Notes: a model not told the origin generated them from the sequence alone. DNA of 39,168 nt from Octopus bimaculoides (GCF_001194135.2 NC_068982.1:112424725-112463892), one strand, 5' to 3'. Counted from the first letter of the stretch, positions 1-11,954 are shown. Program-made: numbers and translations.

Positions 1-176
1 TATATATATATATATATAAAAACAAAAGTAAATGAGTATATGCATATATACGTACAGGTATGTGCATACCGACATCCACCTGTATGTATAGGTGCATATC
101 TGGGTACAGGACATTGCAAACAAACGTAGACGAGAACACACGAGCCACATAGAGAACATTCTACTTCATATATATA

Positions 177-660
177 CAGAGTGCGATGGGTAAATTGTCG
201 CAATTACATATTTTAGTTTCACGTATGCGCATTGTTTGGTTTTGATTTTGTCGACTGCACAGTATAGTAGGGTCAGTTGGGAAACGTCTGTGGCAAAAAC
301 GGCACCATGATGAAATTCACTTTACCAGAAATTTGGATACGATATGCTGCACTGCTTGACATTCTCGCCAGAAGTTCCAATACGAACATTTCAGCGTGTT
401 TGAGTATCAATTTGACGACAGTACTGAGGATTCGGCTAGAATTGGATGACTCTAATGGTAATTACAAAGGCTGGGGAAATTCACGCTGATCGTTCTGATC
501 AGAAACGATCTCCTGAATTTGTTGGTGAGATCCAGGCCATGATCCCTCCAAGTCAATTAGGTCCATTATCAGGGACATGAGTGTGTCTGAGTTTCTTATC
601 AGGCAGATAGTGCATGAAGACATTCGGTATTCCTCATACAAGATGAGAAAGGGCCAATTA
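177..660 (+). mobile_element. 5' fragment of a Tc1/mariner-superfamily DNA transposon (maT/DD37D-like), truncated at a (TG)n/(TA)n microsatellite
   Basis: Begins TA|CAGAGTGCGATGGGTAAATTGTCG (TA at 175-176). 541-660 translates as DPSKSIRSIIRDMSVSEFLIRQIVHEDIRYSSYKMRKGQL, a typical Tc1/mariner transposase helix-turn-helix segment. Catalytic domain and right TIR are absent. The subfamily assignment is from recall. Confidence 0.75.
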
Positions 661-875
661 TGTGTGTGTTAGTGTGTGTGTATTTTTATATTTATATATA
701 TATATATATATACATTGATGTATGCATATTCAAATTTTATAACAAAATATTTAAGGCATTTGATGTAGCAATCTGTATCTCAAGAAATATTTCTTTATTT
801 GTTTACGACTTGCGGCGTGTTTACAATAGAAATAGTTTATATGTTTGCAATGCAATAGCGTTTCACGACAATTTC

Positions 876-1545
876 NNNNNNNNNNNNNNNNNNNNNNNNN
901 NNNNNNNNNNNNNNNNNNNNNNNNNNNNNNNNNNNNNNNNNNNNNNNNNNNNNNNNNNNNNNNNNNNNNNNNNNNNNNNNNNNNNNNNNNNNNNNNNNNN
1001 NNNNNNNNNNNNNNNNNNNNNNNNNNNNNNNNNNNNNNNNNNNNNNNNNNNNNNNNNNNNNNNNNNNNNNNNNNNNNNNNNNNNNNNNNNNNNNNNNNNN
1101 NNNNNNNNNNNNNNNNNNNNNNNNNNNNNNNNNNNNNNNNNNNNNNNNNNNNNNNNNNNNNNNNNNNNNNNNNNNNNNNNNNNNNNNNNNNNNNNNNNNN
1201 NNNNNNNNNNNNNNNNNNNNNNNNNNNNNNNNNNNNNNNNNNNNNNNNNNNNNNNNNNNNNNNNNNNNNNNNNNNNNNNNNNNNNNNNNNNNNNNNNNNN
1301 NNNNNNNNNNNNNNNNNNNNNNNNNNNNNNNNNNNNNNNNNNNNNNNNNNNNNNNNNNNNNNNNNNNNNNNNNNNNNNNNNNNNNNNNNNNNNNNNNNNN
1401 NNNNNNNNNNNNNNNNNNNNNNNNNNNNNNNNNNNNNNNNNNNNNNNNNNNNNNNNNNNNNNNNNNNNNNNNNNNNNNNNNNNNNNNNNNNNNNNNNNNN
1501 NNNNNNNNNNNNNNNNNNNNNNNNNNNNNNNNNNNNNNNNNNNNN
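876..1545. other. Assembly gap (N run)
   Basis: Run of N followed by (TG)n. Other gaps: 9032-9350, 10211-10220, 11150-11909, 25350-25495, 33588-33673. Most abut (TA)n/(TG)n arrays. Confidence 0.99.
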
Positions 1546-1959
1546 TGTGTGTGTGTGTGTGTGTGTGTGTATAAAATATAATATATCTATATATATAGTA
1601 AGAAAAGGGAGGATGATAATTTTGATTATTCCCACGTGGTGAGATGTAATGCCCAAATATATATATAACAAAAAATATATATATAATAAAAGATGGCAAA
1701 TGCACACAGTTTACATAGTTTTAATATGTCTTAAAGGAAAAAGCATTGTGGTTGCGAACTGGTTTCGCTTTCACTTATCATGACATTGAAATTATTACGA
1801 TTTTGTATTTTCTTCAGAAGATTTTAAACCATGCATTTGTATGAAAGTTTGTGAATGAATCAACAAGCAGAAATAATCATAATCAACTGATCTTACTGTA
1901 TTTTCTTTAACCCAAAACCAGAAACTTTTCAGCATCCCCACATAGAACGGAAAATATAT

Positions 1960-2490
1960 CTGATACAATGATACAACCGATCTTATGAGTACTAAGGCTG
2001 TGTTTGTTGCAAGGAAAATGGCATTTGTAAATCCACTGAATGGGGAACGAGGGAAGGAATCATGGTGGTAAAAGAAGACTGAGAGAATCAATTAACGAAT
2101 TAAGACAGCGTTTAACTTCTTGGAGCGTAAAAAGAGATGTGGCATAAAGAAGAAACAAATAATCTTGATATAGAAAAGAAGTAGAATATACTGAAGAAAG
2201 GTATAAACGTTTATTTAGTTGAAACAAAGGATGCAGGCCAAGGCATGCTAGCTGAAGAGATTTGAACAAAGAACACAACAATACAGAATCCAATAAGTCT
2301 TTCAGTACGATCAGAAAAGAGTTTACTAGGTCCTCGAGGGTAAAAGTAAGAAAGAAAGAGGGGCACCGGATGTATAAGGAAGCAAAAGATTTTGGTCAAA
2401 CATCTGAGATAATGAGGCAGAATATGATAGATATGTTGAGTGGCTGAAGGAACTGAGAGGGAATAAAACAAACGAGAAACAAAGTCACAT
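1960..2490 (+). mobile_element. Degenerate R4/Dong-clade non-LTR retrotransposon fragment (region N-terminal to RT)
   Basis: Translation with stops: TTDLMSTKAVFVARKMA...KESWW...KQRMQAKAC*LKRFEQRTQQYRIQ*VFQYDQKRVY*VLEGKSKKERGAPDV*GSKRFWSNI*DNEAEYDRYVEWLKELR. This matches the R4/Dong pattern (KEPWWKRR; RYEQR..QYRQN..FQ.DQKR.Y; SK.FWS.IW; WL.EL). Confidence 0.75.
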
Positions 2491-2649
2491 GGAAATAACA
2501 ATAGTAACGGTTTGCATACAGACCATAAAATACTGGAAAATCGGAGTGACGAAGGTCGCAATGAAAATTATAGTTTTAAGTTAATATTTGCGAACAATCC
2601 CTCTCAGGGGTTCACATCTGGCCATTCAGCCATCCGTAATCCATCCAAC

Positions 2650-2672
2650 CGTCTGTCTGTCTGTCTGCCTGC

Positions 2673-2750
<78 letters not shown>
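2650..2750. repeat. Compound tetranucleotide microsatellite (TCTG)n(TCTA)n
   Basis: Directly visible. Confidence 0.95.
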
Positions 2751-2752
<2 letters not shown>

Positions 2753-3809
2753 AAATGAAGATATAGGATGTCTCACAAGTACTCGACTCTGAACTGATTG
2801 ATTCCTATAACAGAAACAGCGGTGAACAAATGAAGGTGAATGCGTAAGTCATGTTCTTTTGTTATCATTAATTAATATTACGCTCTGTAATCCCCTAACG
2901 CTTTACTCTAAAGCATGAGTATACTGAATTCTCATAACCGGTAATTAGTATCGCAATGCCCAAGCGAAATCATAAAATTTATACAGCTATATGTATACCT
3001 ATACACACATTATGTTTGTATATACGTATGTTTCAATGCCTGTATATTTCATTTCTTTTTGCACTTGTGTATGTCACTGCTCTAGAAAGTCACTACACTA
3101 CTACTTAGAAATAAAAGAGGGGTAGAAACAATAAGAAAGCTTTACAGTTTTCGTTGTATTACAGCATTCATTGACAGATGTTATATATATGACTGTGTCT
3201 GTCTCTCTGTATGTATGTATGTATGCATGTATGCATGTATATATATATATATATATATTATTTAAATGCAATAATATTTTTATCCAGCAAAATAAGGCTC
3301 CGTATAGGTAGAAATATAAATATGAAGTAGTAGTATGTTGTGAGAGCAACTATCTGTGCGTGAGAGTGCATATTTGCGTGTATGTGAGTGTGTGTCCATT
3401 TCTGCTTGTCGTAACTAATCCTGTCACCGTATATTTATTTGAAAAGCAGTAAGGTAATATACATAAATATATCCAAACAACTCTTTATGACTGACTACCT
3501 GTCTACGCTAAAAGGAAAAAAGATGATTTATTACTTAAAATTTTACTTTACTGCAAAAATTGAGAACTAACAATAAAGCACTTGTCATCAAGGCATCGTA
3601 GAAAACTATCAGTAAAGTTGCATTCATCATATTTTTCATGAATATTACTGTTGATCTTTATTTGATATATTTTAAAGCCCATGCTAATAACTTAACAAAG
3701 TTTGCGTCTGCCGAACGTTACTAGAATTAGCCTATAATTCGTAAAGCTAAAAAAATGAATGTTCTATGATAATCGTTTGATATTGAATGTATATAAGTGT
3801 AAGAGCACA

Positions 3810-4420
3810 GGTATATGGTGTATTATTACCCAAATAGCTGTATTGTTTGGTGCAATGAATATAGTAAATTTGGAAACTTTCCCAAAGTGTATTGCCGGAT
3901 TGTCTGTGTTAATGTAGAGCGATTAATATTAATTTTGATTGAGGGAAGCACACGACAAGAGGGAAGTTCAAGTATTATTCAGATTTCGATAGGATGGAAT
4001 GTATGTGTTATTTAAAAATAGATTGGGTCAGTCTTGGGAACCGAAATGAAACAAATTAGTTCACTTGAGAAAATGCCAATAATGTAATTGTCGAAGTGAC
4101 GTTTGGAAAACACAGAATGGAAATGAGGATAAATTTGAATATTATACTTTGGCAATGGTGTCTAAGTTACTGTCTAATGGAATGGATGAATGATCAGAAA
4201 AAAAATTAACTGTATTTCATAGTAGATAATATTTGGACTTTTAGATAATTGCACACCACTACGACTATTGTATGTCGGCGAGTGTAACATGAATCATTGT
4301 TTGCTGTTTCGAACATAAGTTCGGGTACATACAAAACGTCTGATGCAATAGACTGTTTTGAAAATTATTCCAATTGTGTGTTGATGGAGAAACTAGGCAA
4401 AGTAATTAAATTAGATATTA
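3810..4420 (-). mobile_element. Possible highly decayed Penelope-like element (RT C-terminus/GIY-YIG region)
   Basis: Minus strand gives scattered motif remnants (LA..TIV, HRQ, KFTIF) in the order expected for Penelope RT thumb to GIY-YIG. There are many stops and frameshifts; similarity judged by eye only. Confidence 0.3.
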
Positions 4421-4859
4421 TTTTCGCCCTATTTTGGGGGTGAATAGAGGATGCTGGTATGTTTGTGTGTGTTGTACGACGACCCCAATTATTTGTGTAT
4501 TTAAGCAGCTTTATGAAAGAGCTTTTTATTGTTTGTTAAACTGCATATTATTAAAGCTATATCAAAGAGATACGCATTATTTCAAGTATATTATATTACA
4601 TCCTTTTTGTTAGTTTGATTTCTAAGTTATTAGTGTTATTAGTATAAATAGATCTTACAATTGCCAAACTGTTGAATGTTATATATGTGTGGGGGGAGTG
4701 TAGCTACTTACACTACTACCTTCAATTGCCTCATCTCATTCCACCTACACGAAACATGCGATCCATTATTCTCAATTCCTTTGACTCTATAGCTGCCACC
4801 ATGACTTTCACTTTCAAGCACAATGCATGATCGGTTAATTTGACGTAACTGCACTCCCA

Positions 4860-5200
4860 CTCTTGTTCAAACTATCCTTTCCCGTCACAGTAAAGCCGAC
4901 CACACATCCGGCTCTTACATCTCCCGTCCTTCCCTCGACCAACCGTCTCTCCTTTCCTCTCTTCTACCACACCTCCAGCCTTGCCTCTCTAGCAGACCAT
5001 TCAGAGGTTCTTCTATCGAAATCAAGCCTATCCTGTCACCTTTCATTTCTTCCCTCTCGCATTCCCTCCCTCCTCTTAAGCATACTCGCAAACTCGACAG
5101 CCACTTCGTACAGAGTTTCACCTCTCGCATCGTGCTTCCACCCAAGTTCATCACTCTCTTGACTTGGAGTCGTGTCCCATGTCCATGAAATATTTCTAAC
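4860..5200 (+). mobile_element. Decayed CR1/L2/Jockey-group LINE 3' ORF2 fragment
   Basis: GC-richer, pyrimidine-rich block with remnants LQP..., FYR, PLKHTR and HFVQSF, in the order of the LINE RT C-terminal tail (LQPL.HRR....LFYRY....P.PL...R.....H...SF.PRT..LWN). Frameshifted. Confidence 0.45.
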
Positions 5201-5516
5201 TGGAACATCAACCTCTTGCTTCTAGAAAGAAGAGGAGCTTTTTCTCTTCATACTTTCACACTTTAGCCTGACTAAGTATTATTTTTAAAAAGTCTGTCTT
5301 TGCCTCTTTGCTCTCCTTTCATCTCTTCCACCGTGTCAAGCACAGCTATTATATTCAGGTACAATATTCAAAAGTAGAAGCGTGCCGTTCTTTCAGTAAC
5401 AGAGATCTGAGTCCACTAAAAGGTGACTGTAAAATATATATGTTTGTACATGTGTGTATAAACACGTATATATATTACTAACAAGGTGTATGTGGATGTG
5501 TGCGTGTAGATACATA

Positions 5517-5519
<3 letters not shown>

Positions 5520-5559
<40 letters not shown>

Positions 5560-5619
5560 GTATACATATGCATATATATATATAGACACACACATATATA
5601 GATATAAATATATATATAC

Positions 5620-5654
<35 letters not shown>

Positions 5655-5745
5655 AATAGTTATATATATACATATACAAATATATAAATATAAATGTATA
5701 TTTATATATATACACAGATATATATTGATATATATATGTGCATAC

Positions 5746-5797
<52 letters not shown>
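5520..5797. repeat. Compound (CA)n/(TA)n/(CATA)n microsatellite block
   Basis: Directly visible; source of the YIYI/CVCV ORFs. Confidence 0.95.
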
Positions 5798-5800
<3 letters not shown>

Positions 5801-6108
5801 AATGAGTAGACAAACGAAAGAAGGGCACTCAACATATATATTGGAAGTTACATGTATGGACCAAAACAGATTGATTCAAATTCCGTGGTACTTAGCTTCA
5901 AAGCATCAGACGATGCTTATCGTCATTCATTGGAAACTTAAATAAGAAATCAGTTGGAGGAAGTCCGATGTTGTACGGCTATGGTTGTCTCTCCATTGCA
6001 AACTGTTGGTCAGACGTTTGTAGATGACCTCCAACAGAGCTTGGAACAATTGTACTAATGAGTGGACAAACGAAAGAAGGGCACTCAAGACATTTATTGG
6101 GAGTTACA
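5801..6108. repeat. ~308-bp unit bounded by ~52-bp direct repeats
   Basis: 5801-5852 AATGAGTAGACAAACGAAAGAAGGGCACTCAACATATATATTGGAAGTTACA versus 6057-6108 AATGAGTGGACAAACGAAAGAAGGGCACTCAAGACATTTATTGGGAGTTACA. Confidence 0.85.
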
Positions 6109-8079
6109 CACTTTCTTTTTCACGCACGTTCAACTGCTATAGCAAACTACGTTAATATAATTTGCAAATGGCCTCCATTTGAGGCAAAGTAAAGCTATCA
6201 GCATATTTTATGCAGGTAGAATCTAAGTGCAAGTTACAAATAATTATTAAATGAAAGAACAACGCTAGTCTGGTATTATTTTAATTATTTACGCAAGAAC
6301 GGAAGACAACCCTGGACATATCTAGAGCTGATTCTTACCTCATCAGCAAAACAGACATTCATAGTACTTATAGTGGAAATAGTGGGAAAATCACTAAGTT
6401 AAGATAGCAGTTGTCGTAGAAAAGTAGGTTCAGCTGGGGGGACAAGCAACCAAAGAGAACATCTGTTTGAAAAACAATAATTCAATTATTAATTACCAGA
6501 GTAAATATAAAAAAATGGATGAGAAAGGAACTGGAAATAATATTCTGCAATTTATATTTGGTAACTTTTTATATTAGGGGAGAATTATTTCTATTGATCA
6601 AAATAGTCTCGAAAATTTGGCTCAAATTATGTTCATATATTGCGTGTATTATACATTTCATATATTTCATTGAGTAATTGAGTAATTCACTCATCTGATT
6701 ATGGGTATCGTCCATTCAGCCATGGAAGAAGTTAGACAATCACATAGCACTAAATTAATATTATTGGCAAGTGTACAGGATAGTAATAAACTTTCTCTTC
6801 CATTTTCTCTCTCTGCCTGTCTGTCTCACAGACGCATCCCCACATACATAATACATACATACATACATACATATGTATATTTATGTACGCATGTATGTCT
6901 GTATACATGTAGTATGTATGCATGTATGTATGTGTATATATATAACCCTTTGGTTAATTCATTCTTTTCTTGATATATAAATACGTACATACTTACATAC
7001 AAACATATATGCATACTTGCCTGTGTGCTTGTGTGTGTATGTATGTATGTGTGAATGTGTGTGTGTGTCTGTGGGCCTGTATTTAAGCATATACGTGTTA
7101 AGACAATGTATGCATTTATATATAGAACCAACTTAAGAATTTTTTTCTAGTTGAAGTACTCTAAAGAAAAAAGATAAGAAGTTTATTAATAATAATAAGC
7201 AATAAATGATTCTGAATGTAAAAGAAAAGAAAGTAACTCAAACAGAAGTGAAATAAGAAATAATAAACAACCTAAAAAACTGAGGAGAATTAGAAAAAAT
7301 TGGGCAATTTTCAAGCTTCTGAAAAGAAATCCTGCACAGATTTTCTCCAGAAGCTGCCAAATCCCACTAAATTTTCAGATAATTTTTCTACTTAACATCT
7401 CTAATTCTTATACCTAAATATGATCAATTATTCTTAACTGGTATCCTATTTATTAAATTTTTTTGTCCTCCTCGATATTTCCAGGATGAGGCACCGTTCA
7501 AATAATTAGGTTGGAAATGTTCCAGAAAACAACAAATGTTCAGTAGAAAATGAGAATTTTTAAGGGAATACTGCGTAAACTGCGACCATTTTCAAAGAGA
7601 AATTATTCTTATTCCTATGTGATTTACTATCTTTAATCTTCCGCTTTCATTATATTCTCCAGAACCCTCACTTAATTTACAGCAAATTCATTTTTTATTT
7701 GTTATCTATAATTCACCTGCGAACAATAGATTCAAGAATAGTGCTTTCGTGAATGAAAATACAGTGAAGATTGAATATGAGAACGTTTGTGTTTTATATT
7801 ATTATGTTTTTTCAAGGTTGAGTATTTCTGTAAATGATTATATTTGAGTTGAAAATGTCTGGTGTAGGAAAATGCAGCAAAGAACAGAATATCAGATTCT
7901 TAATGATAAACGAGAACATCCAAATTTCTACGAGTTTGTTTTGTTATTTTTTTATAAGAAACTTATTGAGTTTTGCACCATATTTTGAATCATACATATA
8001 ACATCAATATCTATATATATGTGAGTCATACATATATACTTAAACATAAATAAACACAAAAATATGCATCTATTCATAT

Positions 8080-8133
8080 GTATATATGTGTGTGTGTGTG
8101 TGTAAAATATATGGATGTACATATGTGTGAATA

Positions 8134-8217
<84 letters not shown>

Positions 8218-8300
8218 CATATATATATTAACACATATGTACATACACATATTTTATATACACACATACACAAATATGCATGTGTATATTCATTTGTATT
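8080..8300. repeat. (TG)n/(TA)n microsatellite block
   Basis: Directly visible. Confidence 0.95.
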
Positions 8301-8810
8301 ACCTGCTGTCTATTTTTTACCTTAGCTCCGTTCATACTCACCACCGTGCGCTCATATAATTACACACGAGTATGAAACTGCCTTTATCGGTCACTTCAAA
8401 CCACTCAAACTAACTGAGAATGTTCCTACGATATCACACTGTACCCCAGCACAAACCACTACTCTTACCCAATTTTCAATCCCCTTCTCGCCTTTCTCTT
8501 TATATCTTGGTTTATAAACAATTGATAATACGCTATAATGCGCCTACTCCTATAGCCTGAAGGTGATGGAGACAATCAATTCTAAAAACACTGTCCCTTC
8601 TTACAAATCCAGCAGTACGGCTTCTGGCTTCTGTGAAGGTAAATTTACTACAAACGTAGCATCCTGTCTTCCTCCAGCTTTCCTTTACGTTCGCAGGCTT
8701 GTAAAGGTCACAATCACAGAGCTCATTCTTCCAGAACGAAATCAGATTTTTATATAACTGGTACTTTGTTGGTTACGACAAAGAATATTTCAGTTGATCC
8801 GATCAACAAA

Positions 8811-9031
8811 ACAGCCTCCTCGTGAAATTAACTTGCATATGTGGGAGTACTCCACAGACACACGTACCTTTAACGTATTTTCCAGGGAGAATCAGCGTGA
8901 CACAGAATGTGACAAGGCTGGCTCGTTGAAATACAAGTTCTACTAATTTTTGCCAGGGGACTTGAGCAACGTGAAATAAAATGTCTGTCGAATGCCCAAC
9001 CTTATGATAGTGAACCGAAAACTCTAATATA
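8811..9031 (-). mobile_element. Degenerate SINE copy (cephalopod-type), running into N gap
   Basis: Contains GGGAGAATCAGCGTGACACAGAATGTGACAAGGCTGG...GAAATACAAG...GAGCAACGTGAAATAAAATGTCT, recalled as the reverse complement of a common octopus SINE body. Confidence 0.5.
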
Positions 9032-9423
9032 NNNNNNNNNNNNNNNNNNNNNNNNNNNNNNNNNNNNNNNNNNNNNNNNNNNNNNNNNNNNNNNNNNNNN
9101 NNNNNNNNNNNNNNNNNNNNNNNNNNNNNNNNNNNNNNNNNNNNNNNNNNNNNNNNNNNNNNNNNNNNNNNNNNNNNNNNNNNNNNNNNNNNNNNNNNNN
9201 NNNNNNNNNNNNNNNNNNNNNNNNNNNNNNNNNNNNNNNNNNNNNNNNNNNNNNNNNNNNNNNNNNNNNNNNNNNNNNNNNNNNNNNNNNNNNNNNNNNN
9301 NNNNNNNNNNNNNNNNNNNNNNNNNNNNNNNNNNNNNNNNNNNNNNNNNNNATATATATATATATACATACATATATAAAGATAGATAGATAGAGAGATA
9401 GAGAGATAGAGATAGATAGATAA

Positions 9424-9470
<47 letters not shown>

Positions 9471-9723
9471 CATAGATTGGTCATTAAAATCCATAAGCAG
9501 TGAGAGGCAAAGACTAAATTCGTATGGTTACAGCCGTTCCATGTTACGCTCTCAGTAGCTGCAAGTGAATTATGAATTGGCTTTAACCATACGGAAATAA
9601 ATCTTCTTACCCTCAGACACATCTTGGATTTTAATTGATTCTTATCGTACATTCCGCACTAGTGTTTCGTGGATTATTCACGCTAATTTTAATTACTTCG
9701 CTGTCCGATAGCCGGATCCCATA

Positions 9724-9829
9724 TGTAGTGATGAATAAACATTCTCATATCTTCCATCTCCCATATATATACATCATTAATGAGAAAAATGGAAGATGGA
9801 AGATATGAGAATGTTTATTCATCACTACA
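9724..9829. repeat. Near-perfect inverted repeat/hairpin: 41-bp arms, 24-nt loop
   Basis: 9724-9764 TGTAGTGATGAATAAACATTCTCATATCTTCCATCTCCCAT is the reverse complement of 9789-9829 with one mismatch; the outer 36 bp are perfect. Confidence 0.95.
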
Positions 9830-9851
9830 ATTGTTTCGACCAATCTAACAT

Positions 9852-10050
9852 CGAAATGGGAAACGCCTGCTATTGTGATGAAAGGAACCGTCCAGCAGAG
9901 ATTTGTTTCTATTCTGACAATATTCATTCATCACAATGCTTATGAAATCTGACATATTCACCGGTGCCAGTCCTGGTGAAATCTGTAATACTTCAAAATT
10001 TGATGTATACCTAGAACCAGCCAAGATTTCCTCTACGTTGTCGATCAACG
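9852..10050 (+). repeat. Dispersed repeat copy A (paralogous to 13610-13852)
   Basis: Shares GAAATG.GAAACGCCTGCTATTGTGATGAAAGGAA..GTCCAGCAGAGATTT...TATTCTGAC..ATTCATTCATCACAA and TAATACTTCAAAATTTGAT.TATAC.TAGAACCAG.CAAG....CTCTACGTTGTCGATCAACGT with copy B. Confidence 0.9.
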
Positions 10051-11121
10051 TTCAAGAATTAGGAGCCAAATATCGTTTTTTTTTTTCATATTTACGAGCA
10101 ATTTTGTGATGAGCAATATTACAGGAATCTTTAGTACCATCAGAAACGACTGAACGTGCTTTACCGGCAAACTACAAGCTGTATACCAGGCAATATTTCA
10201 ACAATCAATANNNNNNNNNNTATATATATATCAGATATTGTTACACAAGTCGTTTTTTGCATATGTTCGAGCAATTTTATGATGAGTAATATAGGAACCT
10301 TTAGCATCATCAGAAGCCATTTCCAATATGTGAAGTTGTGTCTTGTGTTAGACTATTCAATCGTAAATGTGTTTTATAAGATGGAATATCCTTAAAGGAA
10401 CAAAAGCAAACCCACTATCTAGAGTACTCTCACTTTACCCATTGTGAATCGTGCTATTACTGAACAGTGAAGCCTCTCACGGTCTATGTCCATTCATTCA
10501 CCCGTAACTAATAATCCACAGTTAAAAGTCCATTATCTTTATTGACGATGCTTAAAGAATACATGATTCACGATTAATAATAGAATAGATCAAAAGAATA
10601 TTTTGTTCATTTACATACATATACATACATATACATACATGCATACACACACATACGCACACACACGCGCACGCACATGTGTATATACTCATATACACAT
10701 ATATATATAGAGAGAAATATAAATATATATACGTACACACATATATAACTGTGTGTATATACATATATATGCATACAGACATACATATATACATACATAT
10801 ATAATAATTGTTTTCTCAGAGGATGTAGCAACCGTTACCAATATAGCATAAGAACTTACCTTAGGAGATCATTAATTAGATTCCTTAAGGGTCGTTCTCA
10901 CAGTTTATATTTATATCATAGGGTTTTTAAACTTTTAAATTTTCATATTCAAAAGAGACAGAGACTTCAAATTCGATATATCGATTTATTCACCACTCTA
11001 TGTTAACATTTCTGTGCCAAACTTATCCAGTGACTGGTCCATTGGATTTATACGTTTGGCACTTCTTCAGGAGTGGTTACCTTTCGAACAAAACACGAAA
11101 AAACACATACATAACTGTTAT

Positions 11122-11149
11122 TAGGTCCTTAGGATGTCCTAAGGACCTA
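11122..11149. repeat. Perfect 13-bp palindrome (2-nt spacer) abutting assembly gap
   Basis: TAGGTCCTTAGGA-TG-TCCTAAGGACCTA ends exactly at the first N (11150). Confidence 0.9.
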
Positions 11150-11909
11150 NNNNNNNNNNNNNNNNNNNNNNNNNNNNNNNNNNNNNNNNNNNNNNNNNNN
11201 NNNNNNNNNNNNNNNNNNNNNNNNNNNNNNNNNNNNNNNNNNNNNNNNNNNNNNNNNNNNNNNNNNNNNNNNNNNNNNNNNNNNNNNNNNNNNNNNNNNN
11301 NNNNNNNNNNNNNNNNNNNNNNNNNNNNNNNNNNNNNNNNNNNNNNNNNNNNNNNNNNNNNNNNNNNNNNNNNNNNNNNNNNNNNNNNNNNNNNNNNNNN
11401 NNNNNNNNNNNNNNNNNNNNNNNNNNNNNNNNNNNNNNNNNNNNNNNNNNNNNNNNNNNNNNNNNNNNNNNNNNNNNNNNNNNNNNNNNNNNNNNNNNNN
11501 NNNNNNNNNNNNNNNNNNNNNNNNNNNNNNNNNNNNNNNNNNNNNNNNNNNNNNNNNNNNNNNNNNNNNNNNNNNNNNNNNNNNNNNNNNNNNNNNNNNN
11601 NNNNNNNNNNNNNNNNNNNNNNNNNNNNNNNNNNNNNNNNNNNNNNNNNNNNNNNNNNNNNNNNNNNNNNNNNNNNNNNNNNNNNNNNNNNNNNNNNNNN
11701 NNNNNNNNNNNNNNNNNNNNNNNNNNNNNNNNNNNNNNNNNNNNNNNNNNNNNNNNNNNNNNNNNNNNNNNNNNNNNNNNNNNNNNNNNNNNNNNNNNNN
11801 NNNNNNNNNNNNNNNNNNNNNNNNNNNNNNNNNNNNNNNNNNNNNNNNNNNNNNNNNNNNNNNNNNNNNNNNNNNNNNNNNNNNNNNNNNNNNNNNNNNN
11901 NNNNNNNNN

Positions 11910-11954
<45 letters not shown>

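Noticed and set aside
50-170. Fragment resembling a recalled octopus interspersed repeat
   Set aside because: Too short and window-truncated to classify or bound.
660-1707. Long ORFs of 265-318 aa (and similar at 8803-9652, 11000-11989, 25278-25649, 33255-33829)
   Set aside because: They are open only because they run through N gaps and microsatellites.
5801-6108. CRISPR-like or regularly spaced repeat array
   Set aside because: Only two repeats, in a eukaryotic context, with no cas genes; no CRISPR array anywhere in the window.
11020-11080. PLDLYVW resembling the Tc1 PLD(Y/F)..W motif
   Set aside because: Too short and degenerate, with no supporting TIR or neighbouring motifs.
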